A stretch of DNA of 64,000 nt, taken from the NCBI GenBank assembly GCA_963804165.1, contig CAWDPO010000046.1:355720-419719 (forward strand), read 5' to 3'. The stretch is from an uncultured delta proteobacterium (GTDB lineage: Bacteria > Desulfobacterota > Binatia > UBA9968). A program made the translations under genes and the position numbers. Below, in pieces: positions 9,359 through 20,966 of the stretch (its first letter is position 1; every line of letters starts with the position of its first letter). The notes beneath the pieces were generated by a model. The model did not search any database, had not been told where the DNA came from, and saw only the letters and a program-made list of their open reading frames with translations.

Positions 9359-11230
9359 GTGAAAGCGGAAATCGTCAAGAAAGCGACGCCGATGAAAAAT
9401 CGGCAAACCAAAAAGACCGAGATCGACCGGCCGGCAAATCTGGGAAAGCCGCAAATGAAATGGGGCAGCGACGTCGTCGCCGAAGTGACCCGACGGCTCA
9501 ACCTCAAATACATCGCGCTGGTGCCGGGGGCCAGCTATCGCGGCTTTCACGACAGCATCGTCAACTATCTCGGCAACAGCAATCCGCAGATGGTCATTTG
9601 CCTGCACGAAGAGCACGCGGTCTCGATCGCCGACGGTTACGGCAAGGTGACCGAGGAACCCATGGCCGTGGCCTTGCACTCCAACGTCGGGCTGATGCAT
9701 GCGACCATGCCGATCTTCAATGCCTGGTGCGACCGCACGCCGATGATCATCTTCGGCGCGACGGGTCCCGTGGATGCACATCGGCGCCGGCCGTGGATCG
9801 ACTGGATCCACACGTCGAAGGACCAAGCATCGATGATTCGCAATTACACCAAGTGGGATGATCAGCCGGCTTCGCCGCAAGCGGCCGTTGAATCGGTGCT
9901 GCGCGCGAACCAAATTACCCGCAGCGCGCCCTATGGGCCGGTCTATATTTGCCTCGACGCCGGTCTACAGGAGTCGGCGCTCGCAGAAGAAGTGTCAATT
10001 CCCGATCCGGCGCGTTTCGCGCCGGCGCCTTCTCCTGCGGCACCGTACGCGTCCGTGCTGCAAGCTCTGACAGCGATCGACAAAGCCAGTTTTCCCCTGA
10101 TCTTGATGGGGCGCGTTTCGCGCAAGCAGGCAGACTGGGATCGCCGCGTGCGCTTTGCCGAAGCGATCGGCGCCGCCGTCTTGACCAGCAGCAATGATGC
10201 GGCATCGTTTCCGACGACGCATCCGCTCCATCTGGCCGCGCCGTGTCTGCGTCCAAACAAAGCTGCGGCCGCGTTGATCAAGAAAGCCGATCTCATTATC
10301 AGCCTCGATTGGCTGGATCTGGCCGGTGTATTTCGCCTCGCACTCGGTACCGCGCAAACGCAGGAGCCCGCGGACAAGACCATCATCCATTGCTCCGTTG
10401 ACAGCTATCGCACCAATGGATGGAGCATGGACCATCAAGCCTTGCCTGCGGTGGATATTCCGATTCATGCCGAGCCCGATTCATTCATCGCGCAGCTGCT
10501 CTATGAGCTTGACGCTAAGAAAACGCCAAAAGCCAAAACTCGACCGGAGATGAAAGGCCTCGCCCATTGGAATAGTGCGAGCTTGAGCAAATCGTCCGCT
10601 GGTCGCGGCGAGTCGATGACGTTGTGGGACATGGCGATGACGGTGCGGGAGTTTGCCAAAAAACGTCCGATCACGTTCGCTCGGCTGCCGCTCGGCTGGC
10701 CGGGGGAAGCCTATGAGTTCGACGGTCCCATGTCTTTCATGGGCAACGACGGCGGCGGAGCCGTCGGCACCGGGCCGGGGCATACCATCGGCACCGCGCT
10801 AGCTCTCAAGGACAGTGATCGGCTGACCGTCGGCGTCATCGGCGACGGCGATTATCTTATGGGCGTCAATGCGCTTTGGACGGCCGCCCACTTCGGGATT
10901 CCCGTGATGATCGTGGTCGCCGACAATCGCTCGTACTTCAACGACGAAATGCACCAGGAGCGCGTCGCGCAGATGCGCAGCCGGCCGGCGCAAAATCGTT
11001 GGATCGGCCAGCGCATCGACGATCCGCGGATCGACTTGGTGGCGATGGCGCGTGCGCAGGGTTTTGACAGTGAGGCTCCGGTTTCGACCGCCGATGCGTT
11101 GGCCAAAGCGCTCAAGCGCGGCGCCGAGGTTGTTGCGAGAGGCGGACGCTATTTTCTCGATTCAGTCGTAGAGCCCGGCTATGCCGACAGCGGCCCGGAT
11201 CAGCGTGCGGGCGATGGGAAAAAAGGCTAA
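9359..11230 (+). CDS. Thiamine pyrophosphate-dependent enzyme (acetolactate synthase/benzoylformate decarboxylase-like)
   Basis: PGASYRG, HEEHAVSIADGY and the TPP motif GDGDYLMG...DN; GTG start after GGAGGG. Confidence 0.9.
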   Translation: MKAEIVKKATPMKNRQTKKTEIDRPANLGKPQMKWGSDVVAEVTRRLNLKYIALVPGASYRGFHDSIVNYLGNSNPQMVICLHEEHAVSIADGYGKVTEEPMAVALHSNVGLMHATMPIFNAWCDRTPMIIFGATGPVDAHRRRPWIDWIHTSKDQASMIRNYTKWDDQPASPQAAVESVLRANQITRSAPYGPVYICLDAGLQESALAEEVSIPDPARFAPAPSPAAPYASVLQALTAIDKASFPLILMGRVSRKQADWDRRVRFAEAIGAAVLTSSNDAASFPTTHPLHLAAPCLRPNKAAAALIKKADLIISLDWLDLAGVFRLALGTAQTQEPADKTIIHCSVDSYRTNGWSMDHQALPAVDIPIHAEPDSFIAQLLYELDAKKTPKAKTRPEMKGLAHWNSASLSKSSAGRGESMTLWDMAMTVREFAKKRPITFARLPLGWPGEAYEFDGPMSFMGNDGGGAVGTGPGHTIGTALALKDSDRLTVGVIGDGDYLMGVNALWTAAHFGIPVMIVVADNRSYFNDEMHQERVAQMRSRPAQNRWIGQRIDDPRIDLVAMARAQGFDSEAPVSTADALAKALKRGAEVVARGGRYFLDSVVEPGYADSGPDQRAGDGKKG

Positions 11231-11326
11231 ACGAGATAACGCGTCGGCGATGGTGAAGTCGGCATTCGATCAGCAGAGGCAAGCGCGTTGAAATCAACCG
11301 AGTCGTAATACTGGACTCGAGTTGCC

Positions 11327-13439
11327 ATGCGATTTCAGAGCATCGAAAGGCTGCGTAGCCGATGCGCAACCTATAAGTTACCCGCGCTCGTGCTGTTGTT
11401 GATGCTGATCACTGTGATCGGCGCATTTCTAGCCGTCAGCACAGCGCGAAATGTACTGTTTCGGACACGCGCGGCGGTGCCGGCTATTGTGCCGCGTGCG
11501 TCATGGCTAGCAGCCTCATATCTGGACCGTGCGGCCATTACGGAGCAGAGTGTTGATTCGCCCCAGCTCGTGCGAGCGTTGTTGTGGCCCACGCTCGGTT
11601 CGCCGGCGCTGTTAGATTCCACGGTGCCGCTTGATGTCGTTCTTGCTCATCCGTACCCCGGTTCCCGTTTTGTACTGATTTCGCGCGAAGCCCTCGCTGA
11701 GCTCGACGAACACCTCTATAGCCTTCCACCCACGCCGAATGGCGACGCACTCATCGGTGCACGGATCGCCGCCGCGCACGCGGATGGTCAGAGGAGCTCG
11801 CTCGACATGGTGCTGATTCCCGAAGAACGCAAGGCGATGATCGGTGCGATCGCCGACGTGAATTACCAAGCGGCTCGCCTCGCGCTGCTTGCGCGTGTGA
11901 AAAACGATACGGATCAAGACGCGCGCGCCGCAGTGACACGTTTTCGCGCCGGCGTGGCGCGGATCGTCGAGCGCGATCGCAAAAAGCTCCTGCCCTTGGA
12001 GACGGCAGGGGACTGCGTTCAACTGGGAGTGGGCACAACCTGTGTGGTGAGCGCGCGCGTGCCGGTCGAAACCGCAGCCGGCCTTTACACGCTTGTGCTC
12101 CTTGGCCCCGACGAAAAACTGCTCGATTTTCAAATGAACGCCGCGTACAGGCCGATGGATCGGGACACCGCACCGTCCTTTGTCCTTGCCAGCGATATGC
12201 AGTGGGGCGACGCGCCGGCGGTTGCAGGCGCTGCGCTGTCATTCGTGAGCTTGATGAATGCGCTCCAGCACGCCGCGCGCGCGCCGGATTTTATCTTAAT
12301 GGCGGGCGACGTCGTCGACGGCCAATTCGGCAGCGCAGGCAATCTCTGGTCGAGACTTTTCGGCGGCGCGGAGAACTATACTCGCGATTTTCCCCAGGCG
12401 TGGCTCGCGCTCGCGGCTCTTCGTGTGCCGATCTATCTGGTGCCCGGCAACCATGACGGCTACCGCTTTGAGGACGCTGTCGGTGGACTGCGCTCGGACG
12501 GTTTTCTCTTGTTCCAGAGTACCTTCGGGCCGCTTTACCATCGATCGACCGCCCTGGCGGTTTGTCCTGCTGAATAGCTATGACCTTCCCAATGGCAGCC
12601 GTACGATCGGGCAAGGCGAAGCTTCCAATATGGTCGAACGTTTTTCTGATCGGCTAAACGTGCTCAATTGGGGCGGTGGCATGGGCTTGGCGCAGCACGA
12701 ATGGCTGCGCTATCAACTGGGTTTGGACGGCGCGCCCGCGACAAAACTGTCCATGGCTCTGGTGATGCATCATGACCCGCGCGGCGGCTATCCTGCTTTG
12801 CGCCGCGAGTTTCAGCAAAGGCAAAAGCAATGGTCGACGGAACGCCACGTACCCATCGGTGCGGACTTAGCCGAGTCGACCGCCATGTTGGTTCAGCACA
12901 CGCCGCGCTCTGCGGACACCGAAGAGGTTCATTTGGGCTATTACACGCCGCTCCGTGATCAGCGGACTTCTGTCCGCGGCAGCGAGTGGTTTGATCTCGG
13001 TGTGAAAGTTTCACTTCCGGATAGTCTCGGTTGGCCGGGGTGGTCCAAGTACCAGCAGGAGTGGCACTCCCCGATGCTGTACGGGCGCGGGTTCCCGGAT
13101 CTACGGGTCTATGCGTCCAAAGACCTGATCGCGCCGGCCACGCTCCTGCGCACCGTCATCGACGGTCGGGTTCGGGCACTCTTCAAGGGGCACGACAATC
13201 GATTTGCGCGCGCTCATATGAAACCCGGGGAGAGTATTTTTACCCGTACCGCCGAAGCGGCGCTGCTGCAAATGAGCGAGCCGGCACGGAAGAAAGAACT
13301 TCAGGAACTCCGCCTACACAATGCCCTGGACGTCTATCACGTCGCCGATCTGTCGGACTTCAATACCGACGGACATGGATTTTTTTGGGTGAACGTCAAC
13401 AAAAACAACCTCGCGGTGCTGGAGATTGACCACAGATGA
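11327..13439 (+). CDS. Membrane-anchored calcineurin-like metallophosphoesterase (frameshift near 12540)
   Basis: Motifs SDMQ, GDVVDG and PGNHDG in ORF 11327-12577 continue as MHHDP and KGHDN in ORF 12423-13439; N-terminal hydrophobic anchor. Confidence 0.75.
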
Positions 13440-14844
13440 GCATGGATTTCGGAATTTTTGTCGGCGTGGTCACGGTCATTTACATCGCGACCCGCCTGCT
13501 CCTGGCCATGCTCGTGCGTGATCTGCGCGCTAGGCTCCATGACAACTACCGTTTCATAGGCCCGCTGATCACGCCGCTTCATTGGGTGTTGCTGCTGGCG
13601 TCGGTTCTCATCGGCATGTCGCTGATCGGGCGCGAAATTGGACGCTTCGTCTTACTTTTCTACTTCGCCATCGCATGGTTCGCTTTTCGCGCCTTCACGA
13701 TGATTCTCTTTGAGGGGTGGGTGGTTTGCCACGGTCAAAGGCATCCAGGTGCCGGGCGTGGCGCGGCGCCTCATTTCGGTGTTGCGGTGGTCGGCGTGAT
13801 CATCGCCTTGTTCTTCCAGAGTTTCCTGCGAGACCTTTTTCTCGGAACCTCCATGGCTTTGGAAAAGCCGATCCGGGTGGGCGATTGGGTGTCCGTCGAC
13901 GGCCATGAAGGGCAGGTGACGGCCGTGGACTGGAAGACCACGACGCTGCGGAGTCGTCAGTACGAGCGCATCGTGGTGCCGAATCGGCGCATCGCCGAAG
14001 GCACGGTGGTTCATCTCGCCGATGAAGACGGCGCCACCACCGAGTGGAGATTTCGGTACCGGCGGACACACCGCCTTCGGCGGTGCTAGCCGAGCTTGGC
14101 TCTGCCGTGGCGGAAGCGCCACACGTCTTGAGCGAGCCGTCGCCCAGGGTTTATTACCGTGGTGAGCAGGCGGACGAAGGGCGATTTGAAGCGTCATTTT
14201 GACTACCCGCCACAACGGACGGTGAAATCGTGAGCTCGGATTTACGCACTGCGATCTGGTATCGCTTGCGCCGCCAAGGCCTGATCCTTCAGCGCACCAC
14301 CTTGGAACTCGCAGCGGAGCAATTGCGTCATGCGCTCGCGGGTTTGCCCTTCCTTGCGTCGGCCACGCCGGCGCAGATCGACAGCCTCGCGCAGGGCGCT
14401 CGCACCGCTCACTATGGCAGGGGCGAGATCCTCTTTCGTCAGAACGATCCGGGGGAGGAACTGTTCCTTATTTTTTCCGGCACATTGGATATCTCCGTGC
14501 TAGACGGCCGCCGTGTTGAAGAGAAGATCGCATCGGTGGGGGCGGGGAGTTTCGTCGGCGAACGCTCTTTGCTCACGGGCGAGCCGCGCAGCGCCACGGC
14601 GCGCGCTGCCGAGGCATCCACGGTATTTGTGATCGGCAAGCCGGCCATGGGAGAGCTTTTGCGGGAACACCCGGCGCTCGCCGGAGAGATCGCTCGGATC
14701 ATGCGGAGCGCGACGAACAGCGGCAGCAGAGAACGCGGGATCTCCAGACCGGCGTTCTCAGTGAAGCCGCCAACTCGATACTCCAGCGTATTCGAGCTTT
14801 TTCGCCATCGAATAGATGAATTTCTTATGGGGCTCCCTGATTGA
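13436..14844 (+). CDS. MscS-family channel with C-terminal cNMP-binding domain (bCNG-like), broken by frameshifts
   Basis: MscS core EKPIRVGDWVSVDGHEGQVTAVDWKTT...VPN; downstream ORF 14230-14844 has cNMP motifs GEILFRQNDPGEELFLI and FVGERSLLTGEPRSAT. Confidence 0.75.
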
Positions 14845-15360
14845 GATGTCCGCGCAATTCGGTTGGCCAGACGTTGGCGCAAGATCTCCAGTCAGCTCCT
14901 TGAGATTGAGCTAATGTGTGGGTCGTCGATTCCGTGATCAAGTCTGGCTCGGCTGGTAACGAATCGGAACGGCGCACCAGCGAGTTAGGGAGTTGCAGCG
15001 TCGACATCTTCGCGCTAAGAAAAGGGAAGGCTGGCATACCTTGCCGCCGTTGAACGAAGAGGCGTGTCGGAGTCGAGAAATTTTCATAGAGGCGCAATGA
15101 CTGTGATGATGCGCGCGATTTTGTAGGCGATCGTCGGAACGATGTTCGGTGTGACGTCGAGCTACGCGGCGGACCGCGATCGAGCGGGTGGATCAAGTCC
15201 GCGAATAAATGGATCGGAACGGGCGGAATGCTTGAAGGCACACGACCGCGGCGCCAATAAAAACAATTGCACACGCGCCGGCGCGCTGATGGGGTCATCG
15301 ACGCAATTTAGAGGACGCTCGACAAGAAGCAGCGAAGCTGCATCCGAGGGAGGGGAGCAC

Positions 15361-16612
15361 ATGAGGAAACCAAGCACTTTTATTATTCTAGTGGCGGCAC
15401 TGCTGTTCGCGGCAAGCGCGGCGGCGCAAGTCACCGTTCTCACTCGTGCTACCGTCATCGACGGCACCGGCGCGCCGCCACAGAGGGATATCACCCTCGT
15501 GATGGAGAAAGGCCGCATCCGCGACATGGGGCCATCGTCGAAAATTCCAACCCCGGCCGGCGCCACCGTACTCGATCTCACCGGGAAGTTCATCGTGCCG
15601 GGCATCATCAACGCTCACGGCCACGTCGGGGCGAAAACCGAGCCGCAGTTACGTCAGTACGCGCTTTACGGCGTGACCACCGCGACCAGCATGCAGACCG
15701 ATCCGGACGAAGTCGTCCAAGTGCGGGAAGCGCAGAAGCGCGGTGAGCTGCGCGGCGCGAGAGTCTCCACGATAAAGTACCGCTTTGCGCCCGACCCAGA
15801 GGTGGTGACGCCGCAGCAGGCGCGCGCCAAGGTCGACCAGACCGTTGCCGCGGGCGCCGATTACATCAAGGTGTGGGTGGACGGCGGGTTCGGCACGCGG
15901 GCCAAGCTCACGCCCGAGTTCTGCGCCGCCGTCCTCGAGCAGGCGAGAAAGCACGGTAAGCTCACCTTCGGCCACGCCTATGAACTCGCCGACGCAAAAA
16001 TGCTGGTCGAGCGGGGCTTGAATGTCCTTGGCCACAATGTCCGCGACCGGGAGGTGGATTCCGATTTTATCGCCATGCTCAAGCAGCGCAACGTGACGCT
16101 GATTCCGACGTTGATACGCGACGAATTTCTGTTCGCCTACGGCGACGCGCCTTCCTGGATTGACGATCCTTTCTTCCTCAAGGTTGTGCCGCCGGAGCGC
16201 CTCACGGTGCTGAAAACGAAGATCCGTGACGAGCAGGCTAAACACCCGCAGCGCGATCTGTTCAAGGCGGGTTTCGAGATGAACAAGATCAATCTGAAGA
16301 AGCTGTCCGACAGCGGGGTCCGGATCGCCTTTGGCACCGATAGCGGCGGCGCCGCCGACCGCTTCTTCATCCAGGGTTATTCCGAGCACCGGGAGATGGA
16401 GCTGATGGTGCAGGCTGGCCTGACGCCGATGCAGGTAATCCAATCCTTCTCCAAGGGCGCCTCGGAATCTTTGGGCGATCGACAAGGAATTCGGCACCCT
16501 GGCCAAGGGCAAGACCGCCGATTTGCTCGTGCTGGAGAAAAATCCGCTGGAAAACATCACGAACATGCGGACTATTCAGACGATCTATCTGGGCGGCAAG
16601 AAATTCGAGTAG
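15361..16612 (+). CDS. Secreted amidohydrolase family protein (frameshift near 16470)
   Basis: Signal peptide, PGIINAHGH, FGTDSG; the C-terminal GKTADLLVLEKNPL...GGKKFE* is in a shifted frame. Confidence 0.85.
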
Positions 16613-16692
16613 ACGCCGTCTCTCGCTCAGCGGCCCAGAAAGTATCCCATGCCCGAAAGGCCGCATGTTGACCAGCTTGATGCGCACGTAAA

Positions 16693-17133
16693 ATGACACC
16701 TGAGGAATATATCGAGGGCCGCGTCGACGAACAGATCCATTGGTATAGCGCGAAAAGCCGATCGAATCAGATTTGGTTTAGAGTGCTTCGCCTCTTTGAG
16801 ATTGCGTTTGCGAGCGCGAGCCCATTTCTGGTCAGTCAGATCACGGCAGATACACCTGCACTGAAGATCATCGTCGGTTCCATGGGCGTATGCGTTGCCG
16901 TTATCGCCGGAATTGTCTCGTTATACAGATTCCAAGAGAACTGGATCGAGTATCGAGCTACGGCGGAGAGTCTCAAACACGAAAAGTTCCTGTTCTTGAC
17001 GAAGAGCCCGCCATACGACGGCGAGAACTCTTTTCACGCTTTCGTCAGCAACGTTGAATCGCGAATTTCCAAGGAGAATACCAACTGGTCCGGTTCCGTG
17101 CGTGAGAAATCCAACACGGGAAGTCGAGAATAA
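16693..17133 (+). CDS. DUF4231 / SLATT-domain two-TM protein
   Basis: YIEGRVDEQIHWYSAKS...two TM segments...FQENWIEYRATAESLKHEKFLFLTKSPPY signature. Confidence 0.85.
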   Translation: MTPEEYIEGRVDEQIHWYSAKSRSNQIWFRVLRLFEIAFASASPFLVSQITADTPALKIIVGSMGVCVAVIAGIVSLYRFQENWIEYRATAESLKHEKFLFLTKSPPYDGENSFHAFVSNVESRISKENTNWSGSVREKSNTGSRE

Positions 17134-17258
17134 GAAGCAGTGGACATGACACCAAATTGTTTTGCGCGGCGGGCGTCCACAAGTCTCAAAATCGGAGTGA
17201 TCCTGGCTGGCGTTCGCATCAGAGCTGAAATCACGCTCTCGCGGAGTGTTCCGTTCTT

Positions 17259-18236
17259 TTGTTTATTGCTTCACTTGGCGACGCCGTTCTCGTCGAAGGC
17301 GCTGAGTCTCCGGCGCTCGAGCGCATGAACTTTGGGTACAGCGCCGCGGGTACCGTTGCCACGGCGCCGCTGTGGATTACCCAGGACAGCGGCGTGTTCA
17401 AGAAACACGGATTCGACGTGAAACCGATCTATATGGCGGGCGGATTGGCGCCGGTGGCGATCATGGCCGGCGAAGTGCAATTTGCGATCATGTCCGGCGG
17501 AGTAATGATCCCGCCCGTGCTCAAGGGCGCGGATCTGGTCATGATCGTCGGCTTGAGTAATTACATCAATCAATCTTTGGTCGTAGCGCCGGAGATCACG
17601 GATGCGAAGCAGCTAAAAGGCAAGCGCATCGCGATTCAGCGCCTCGGCGATCTCACCCACATCGCCGCCCGGGAGGCCGTCAAGCATTTGGGCCTGGCCG
17701 AATCGGACTTGCAATACCAGCAGATCGGCGGCGTGCCGACACGATTCGCGGCGATGCAGAGCGCCAACACGCAAGGCGCCGTCTTGTCTCCGCCCTACGT
17801 CGGGCGCGCGCGGCGACTGGGTTACCGCATCATGGTCAATCTCCATGAGCTCAGAATTCCTTTCGCGGGTTCCAGCGTGGTGACGACGCGGCAGCTGATT
17901 GCCAGCCGTCGCCCGATGGTGCTGAATCTGCTCAAGGGATTCGTCGAAGGCGTTCATTTCTATAAACGCGAGCGCGAAGCTTCGATCCGGATCATCGAGC
18001 GCTATATTCCGGGCGCCGCGAAGGATGAGTTGAGCGAAGCGATCGATCACTATCAGCGCGACCTGGAAGATCGTCCCTATCCGCGGCCCGAAGGGATCAA
18101 GACCGCGCTCGACCTTTACGCGCAGCAGAATCCAGCTGCAAAAGGCGTCGATCCCGAGCGTTTCATCGATCAGTCTCTTCTGCGCGAGTTGGAGCGCAGC
18201 GGATTTTTCGCCACGCTTGCAAGCGGCGCAAAGTGA
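17259..18236 (+). CDS. ABC transporter substrate-binding protein (NMT1/SsuA-like); signal peptide probably in a shifted frame
   Basis: PLWITQDSGVFKKHGFDV, LKGKRIAI and RFIDQSLLRELERSGF motifs. Confidence 0.85.
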   Translation: MFIASLGDAVLVEGAESPALERMNFGYSAAGTVATAPLWITQDSGVFKKHGFDVKPIYMAGGLAPVAIMAGEVQFAIMSGGVMIPPVLKGADLVMIVGLSNYINQSLVVAPEITDAKQLKGKRIAIQRLGDLTHIAAREAVKHLGLAESDLQYQQIGGVPTRFAAMQSANTQGAVLSPPYVGRARRLGYRIMVNLHELRIPFAGSSVVTTRQLIASRRPMVLNLLKGFVEGVHFYKREREASIRIIERYIPGAAKDELSEAIDHYQRDLEDRPYPRPEGIKTALDLYAQQNPAAKGVDPERFIDQSLLRELERSGFFATLASGAK

Positions 18237-18277
18237 TTCGCCACAAAGACCGGGCGACGAGGTCTCGGGAAAATTTT

Positions 18278-18304
18278 CACCACAGAGACGCGGAGTTCAC
18301 AGAG
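18278..18304. repeat. Short 9-bp-periodic CACAGAG-type intergenic repeat
   Basis: CACCACAGAGACGCGGAGTTCACAGAG; related units (CACGAAG/CTTCGTG) occur at 40762-40957. Confidence 0.5.
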
Positions 18305-18319
18305 GGTTAGGAATCACAT

Positions 18320-19315
18320 ATGACCTTACGAACAGTTAAGCCGCTCTTCGTTCTTGTTGCGCTGCTTGTGTCCGATCGCGGGGTCGTTCATGCGGCGACG
18401 GCGCTCGCCAAAGTTCTCGTCACGACGGGTTCCTCGAGTGAGCGGGAAGGGGCGCTGTACGTTGCGCAAGATCAGGGGTACTTCCGCAAGTACGGCCTCG
18501 ACGTCACTTTAGTGCAGGTGCGCAACGGTCCCGTCGGCATGGCGGCGCTCAGCTCCGGGGAGTCGCTACTTCATTGGGGCTCGGTTTCGGCGGCCAACCT
18601 CGGTGCGATCGCCGAGGGGGCCGATTTAGTCTTTGTCGCCGGCTTTATCAATAAACTGACCGGCACGTTTGCGGCTAACCCGAAGATCAAAGCCCCGATG
18701 GAGTTGAAGGGCAAGAGTTTGGGCGTCAACAGCCTGAGTGGCGGCACCTGGATTTTCACCATGCTTGCGCTCGATCACTGGGGTCTCTCGCCCGAGCGCG
18801 ACAAGATACAAATCAGGGCGCTGGGAGACAATTCGGTGGTCTCGCAGGCCCTGTTGGCCGGCAACGTCGACGGCGCCTATCTGAGTTACACCTATGCCAA
18901 GATCGTGCAGAACAAAGGCTTCCGCGTGCTCGCCGATTTAGAGAAGTTACCGATCGCGTATCAGGGTACGGGAATCATAACCCGGCGCAGCACCATCGCA
19001 TCGTCGCCGGCGCCGGTCGAAAGTGTCATCAAAGGATTGCTCGACGGCGTGACGTTCATTCGTATTCCGGAAAACAAGGCGCAGGTTATAAAAAGTCTGG
19101 CCAAGGGACTCCGTCTAAAGCGCATCGAAGACGCGGAGGAAGGATATCAAAGCATGCTCGGCCTCTACGAGAAAAAAATCTCCCCCAGCGTCGACGGTGT
19201 GCGCAACGTCATCCGCCTCCTCGGCGCCGGCAACGAAAGGATACGACGCCTCAAAGCGGAGGATTTGGTGGACGATAGCGTTGTGCGAAGATTAGAACGA
19301 GAGGGGCGGTTTTAA
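18320..19315 (+). CDS. ABC transporter substrate-binding protein (NMT1/SsuA-like)
   Basis: Signal peptide, LYVAQDQGYFRKYGLDV, LKGKSLGV. Confidence 0.88.
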   Translation: MTLRTVKPLFVLVALLVSDRGVVHAATALAKVLVTTGSSSEREGALYVAQDQGYFRKYGLDVTLVQVRNGPVGMAALSSGESLLHWGSVSAANLGAIAEGADLVFVAGFINKLTGTFAANPKIKAPMELKGKSLGVNSLSGGTWIFTMLALDHWGLSPERDKIQIRALGDNSVVSQALLAGNVDGAYLSYTYAKIVQNKGFRVLADLEKLPIAYQGTGIITRRSTIASSPAPVESVIKGLLDGVTFIRIPENKAQVIKSLAKGLRLKRIEDAEEGYQSMLGLYEKKISPSVDGVRNVIRLLGAGNERIRRLKAEDLVDDSVVRRLEREGRF

Positions 19316-19484
19316 CTCTTGCTCGAAATAATGATCCTGTCACTTCATGAACCACGTTGGTTACATCGCGCTGATGGATAACGAGCAGGGCGGTCAACAT
19401 CGACAGTTAGCCCAATAGGTCAATACGAATACCTGACGATGACCCGCATGCCGCAAGGCATGCCGGAGAAACCGGGAGGAAACG

Positions 19485-20966
19485 ATGAAGAGAACAATTA
19501 GGTTTGTCGTAGCGGTAATCTTCGCACTATGTTCCCAGGCTTTGGCGTCTTCGGCGGAACTTTCCAGCGAGAATCAAGCGAAGCTGATCAAGGGTATCGA
19601 TTCCTATGCGTCACGAATGTCGGACGTCGCGCTCAAGATTTGGTCCACTCCCGAGCTCGGCTATCAAGAGAGCAAAACCTCCGCGCTTCTCCAAGACGAA
19701 CTCAAGAAGGCGGGCTTCAAGGTCGAGGCAGGAGTCGCCGGCATCCCCACCGCCTTTATCGCCCGCGCCGGCACGGGCGACGGTCCGGTGATCGCGATTC
19801 TCGCAGAAATCGACGCGTTGCCCGGCATGTCGCAAGCCGCCACACCGGAACGTAAGCCGATCCCGGATCAACTGGCCGGTCACGCCTGCGGTCACCATTT
19901 ATTCGGTTCGGGCTCAGTGGCCGCGGCGATCGCTATCAAGAACTGGCTCGCCGAGAGCGGCACCAAGGGACAGATTCGCCTTTATGGCACGCCGGCGGAG
20001 GAAGGCGGCGGAGGCAAGGTCTACATGGCGCGTGCGGGACTTTTCAAGGATGTCGACGTGACGCTTTACTGGCATCCGGGGGACGCGAACAATGCCTCTC
20101 AGGATCGTAATCTGGCGAACACCAGCGCAAAGTTCCGTTTCCATGGTGTAGCCTCGCACGCGGCGGTTGCTCCCGATCGCGGCCGTTCCGCGCTCGATGC
20201 GGTCGAGGCGATGAACTTCATGGTCAACTCCATGCGTGAGCATGTTCCTCAAGACGCGCGCATTCATTACGTGATCACCAATGGCGGCGCGGCGCCGAAC
20301 ATCGTGCCTGAATTCGCCGAGTCCTACTATTATGTGCGCCACCCCGATCCGCGCGTCGTCGCGGAAGTGTTCGAGCGCGTCAGGAAGGCTGCCGAAGGTG
20401 CAGCGCTCGGCACCGGGACGACTTTTGATTATGAGCTGATCAACGGGGTCTACAGCATCTTGCCCAACGACGTGCTGGGTCGAGTCATGGACTCCAGCCT
20501 TCGTCGGATCGGCGCGCCCACCTGGACGGCTGAAGAGATCGCTTTCGCCGAGAAGCTTCAGAAGACGCTTCCAGGGAAAAATCTGCCGCCGCTGACGAGC
20601 GCAAAGGAAATCCGTAAATACCAATTCAATGCACAGAAGTATTCGTCCACCGATTCCGGCGACGTGAGCTGGGTCACGCCCTTGGCGACACTCAATACCG
20701 CCACCTGGGTTCCCGGAACATCGGCGCATACTTGGCAAGCGACGGCCGCGGGCGGGATGAGCATCGGACTGAAGGGGATGGTAGTCGCAGCCAAAACCCT
20801 CGCACTTGCGGTGGCGCAGCTGTACACCAGCCCTGATCTGATCGCGGCTGCCAAGGCCGAGTTCGATAAGAGCCGCGGTCCGGGCTTCGTCTACAAGTCG
20901 CTTGTTGGCGATCGGTCGCCACCGTTGGGTTATCGAAACGCATCAAGCGGCGCAGACCCGGGATGA
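19485..20966 (+). CDS. M20 family amidohydrolase (AbgB-like), secreted
   Basis: PELGYQE, EIDALPG, GHACGHH, GTPAEEGG and STDSGDVS motifs. Confidence 0.9.
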   Translation: MKRTIRFVVAVIFALCSQALASSAELSSENQAKLIKGIDSYASRMSDVALKIWSTPELGYQESKTSALLQDELKKAGFKVEAGVAGIPTAFIARAGTGDGPVIAILAEIDALPGMSQAATPERKPIPDQLAGHACGHHLFGSGSVAAAIAIKNWLAESGTKGQIRLYGTPAEEGGGGKVYMARAGLFKDVDVTLYWHPGDANNASQDRNLANTSAKFRFHGVASHAAVAPDRGRSALDAVEAMNFMVNSMREHVPQDARIHYVITNGGAAPNIVPEFAESYYYVRHPDPRVVAEVFERVRKAAEGAALGTGTTFDYELINGVYSILPNDVLGRVMDSSLRRIGAPTWTAEEIAFAEKLQKTLPGKNLPPLTSAKEIRKYQFNAQKYSSTDSGDVSWVTPLATLNTATWVPGTSAHTWQATAAGGMSIGLKGMVVAAKTLALAVAQLYTSPDLIAAAKAEFDKSRGPGFVYKSLVGDRSPPLGYRNASSGADPG

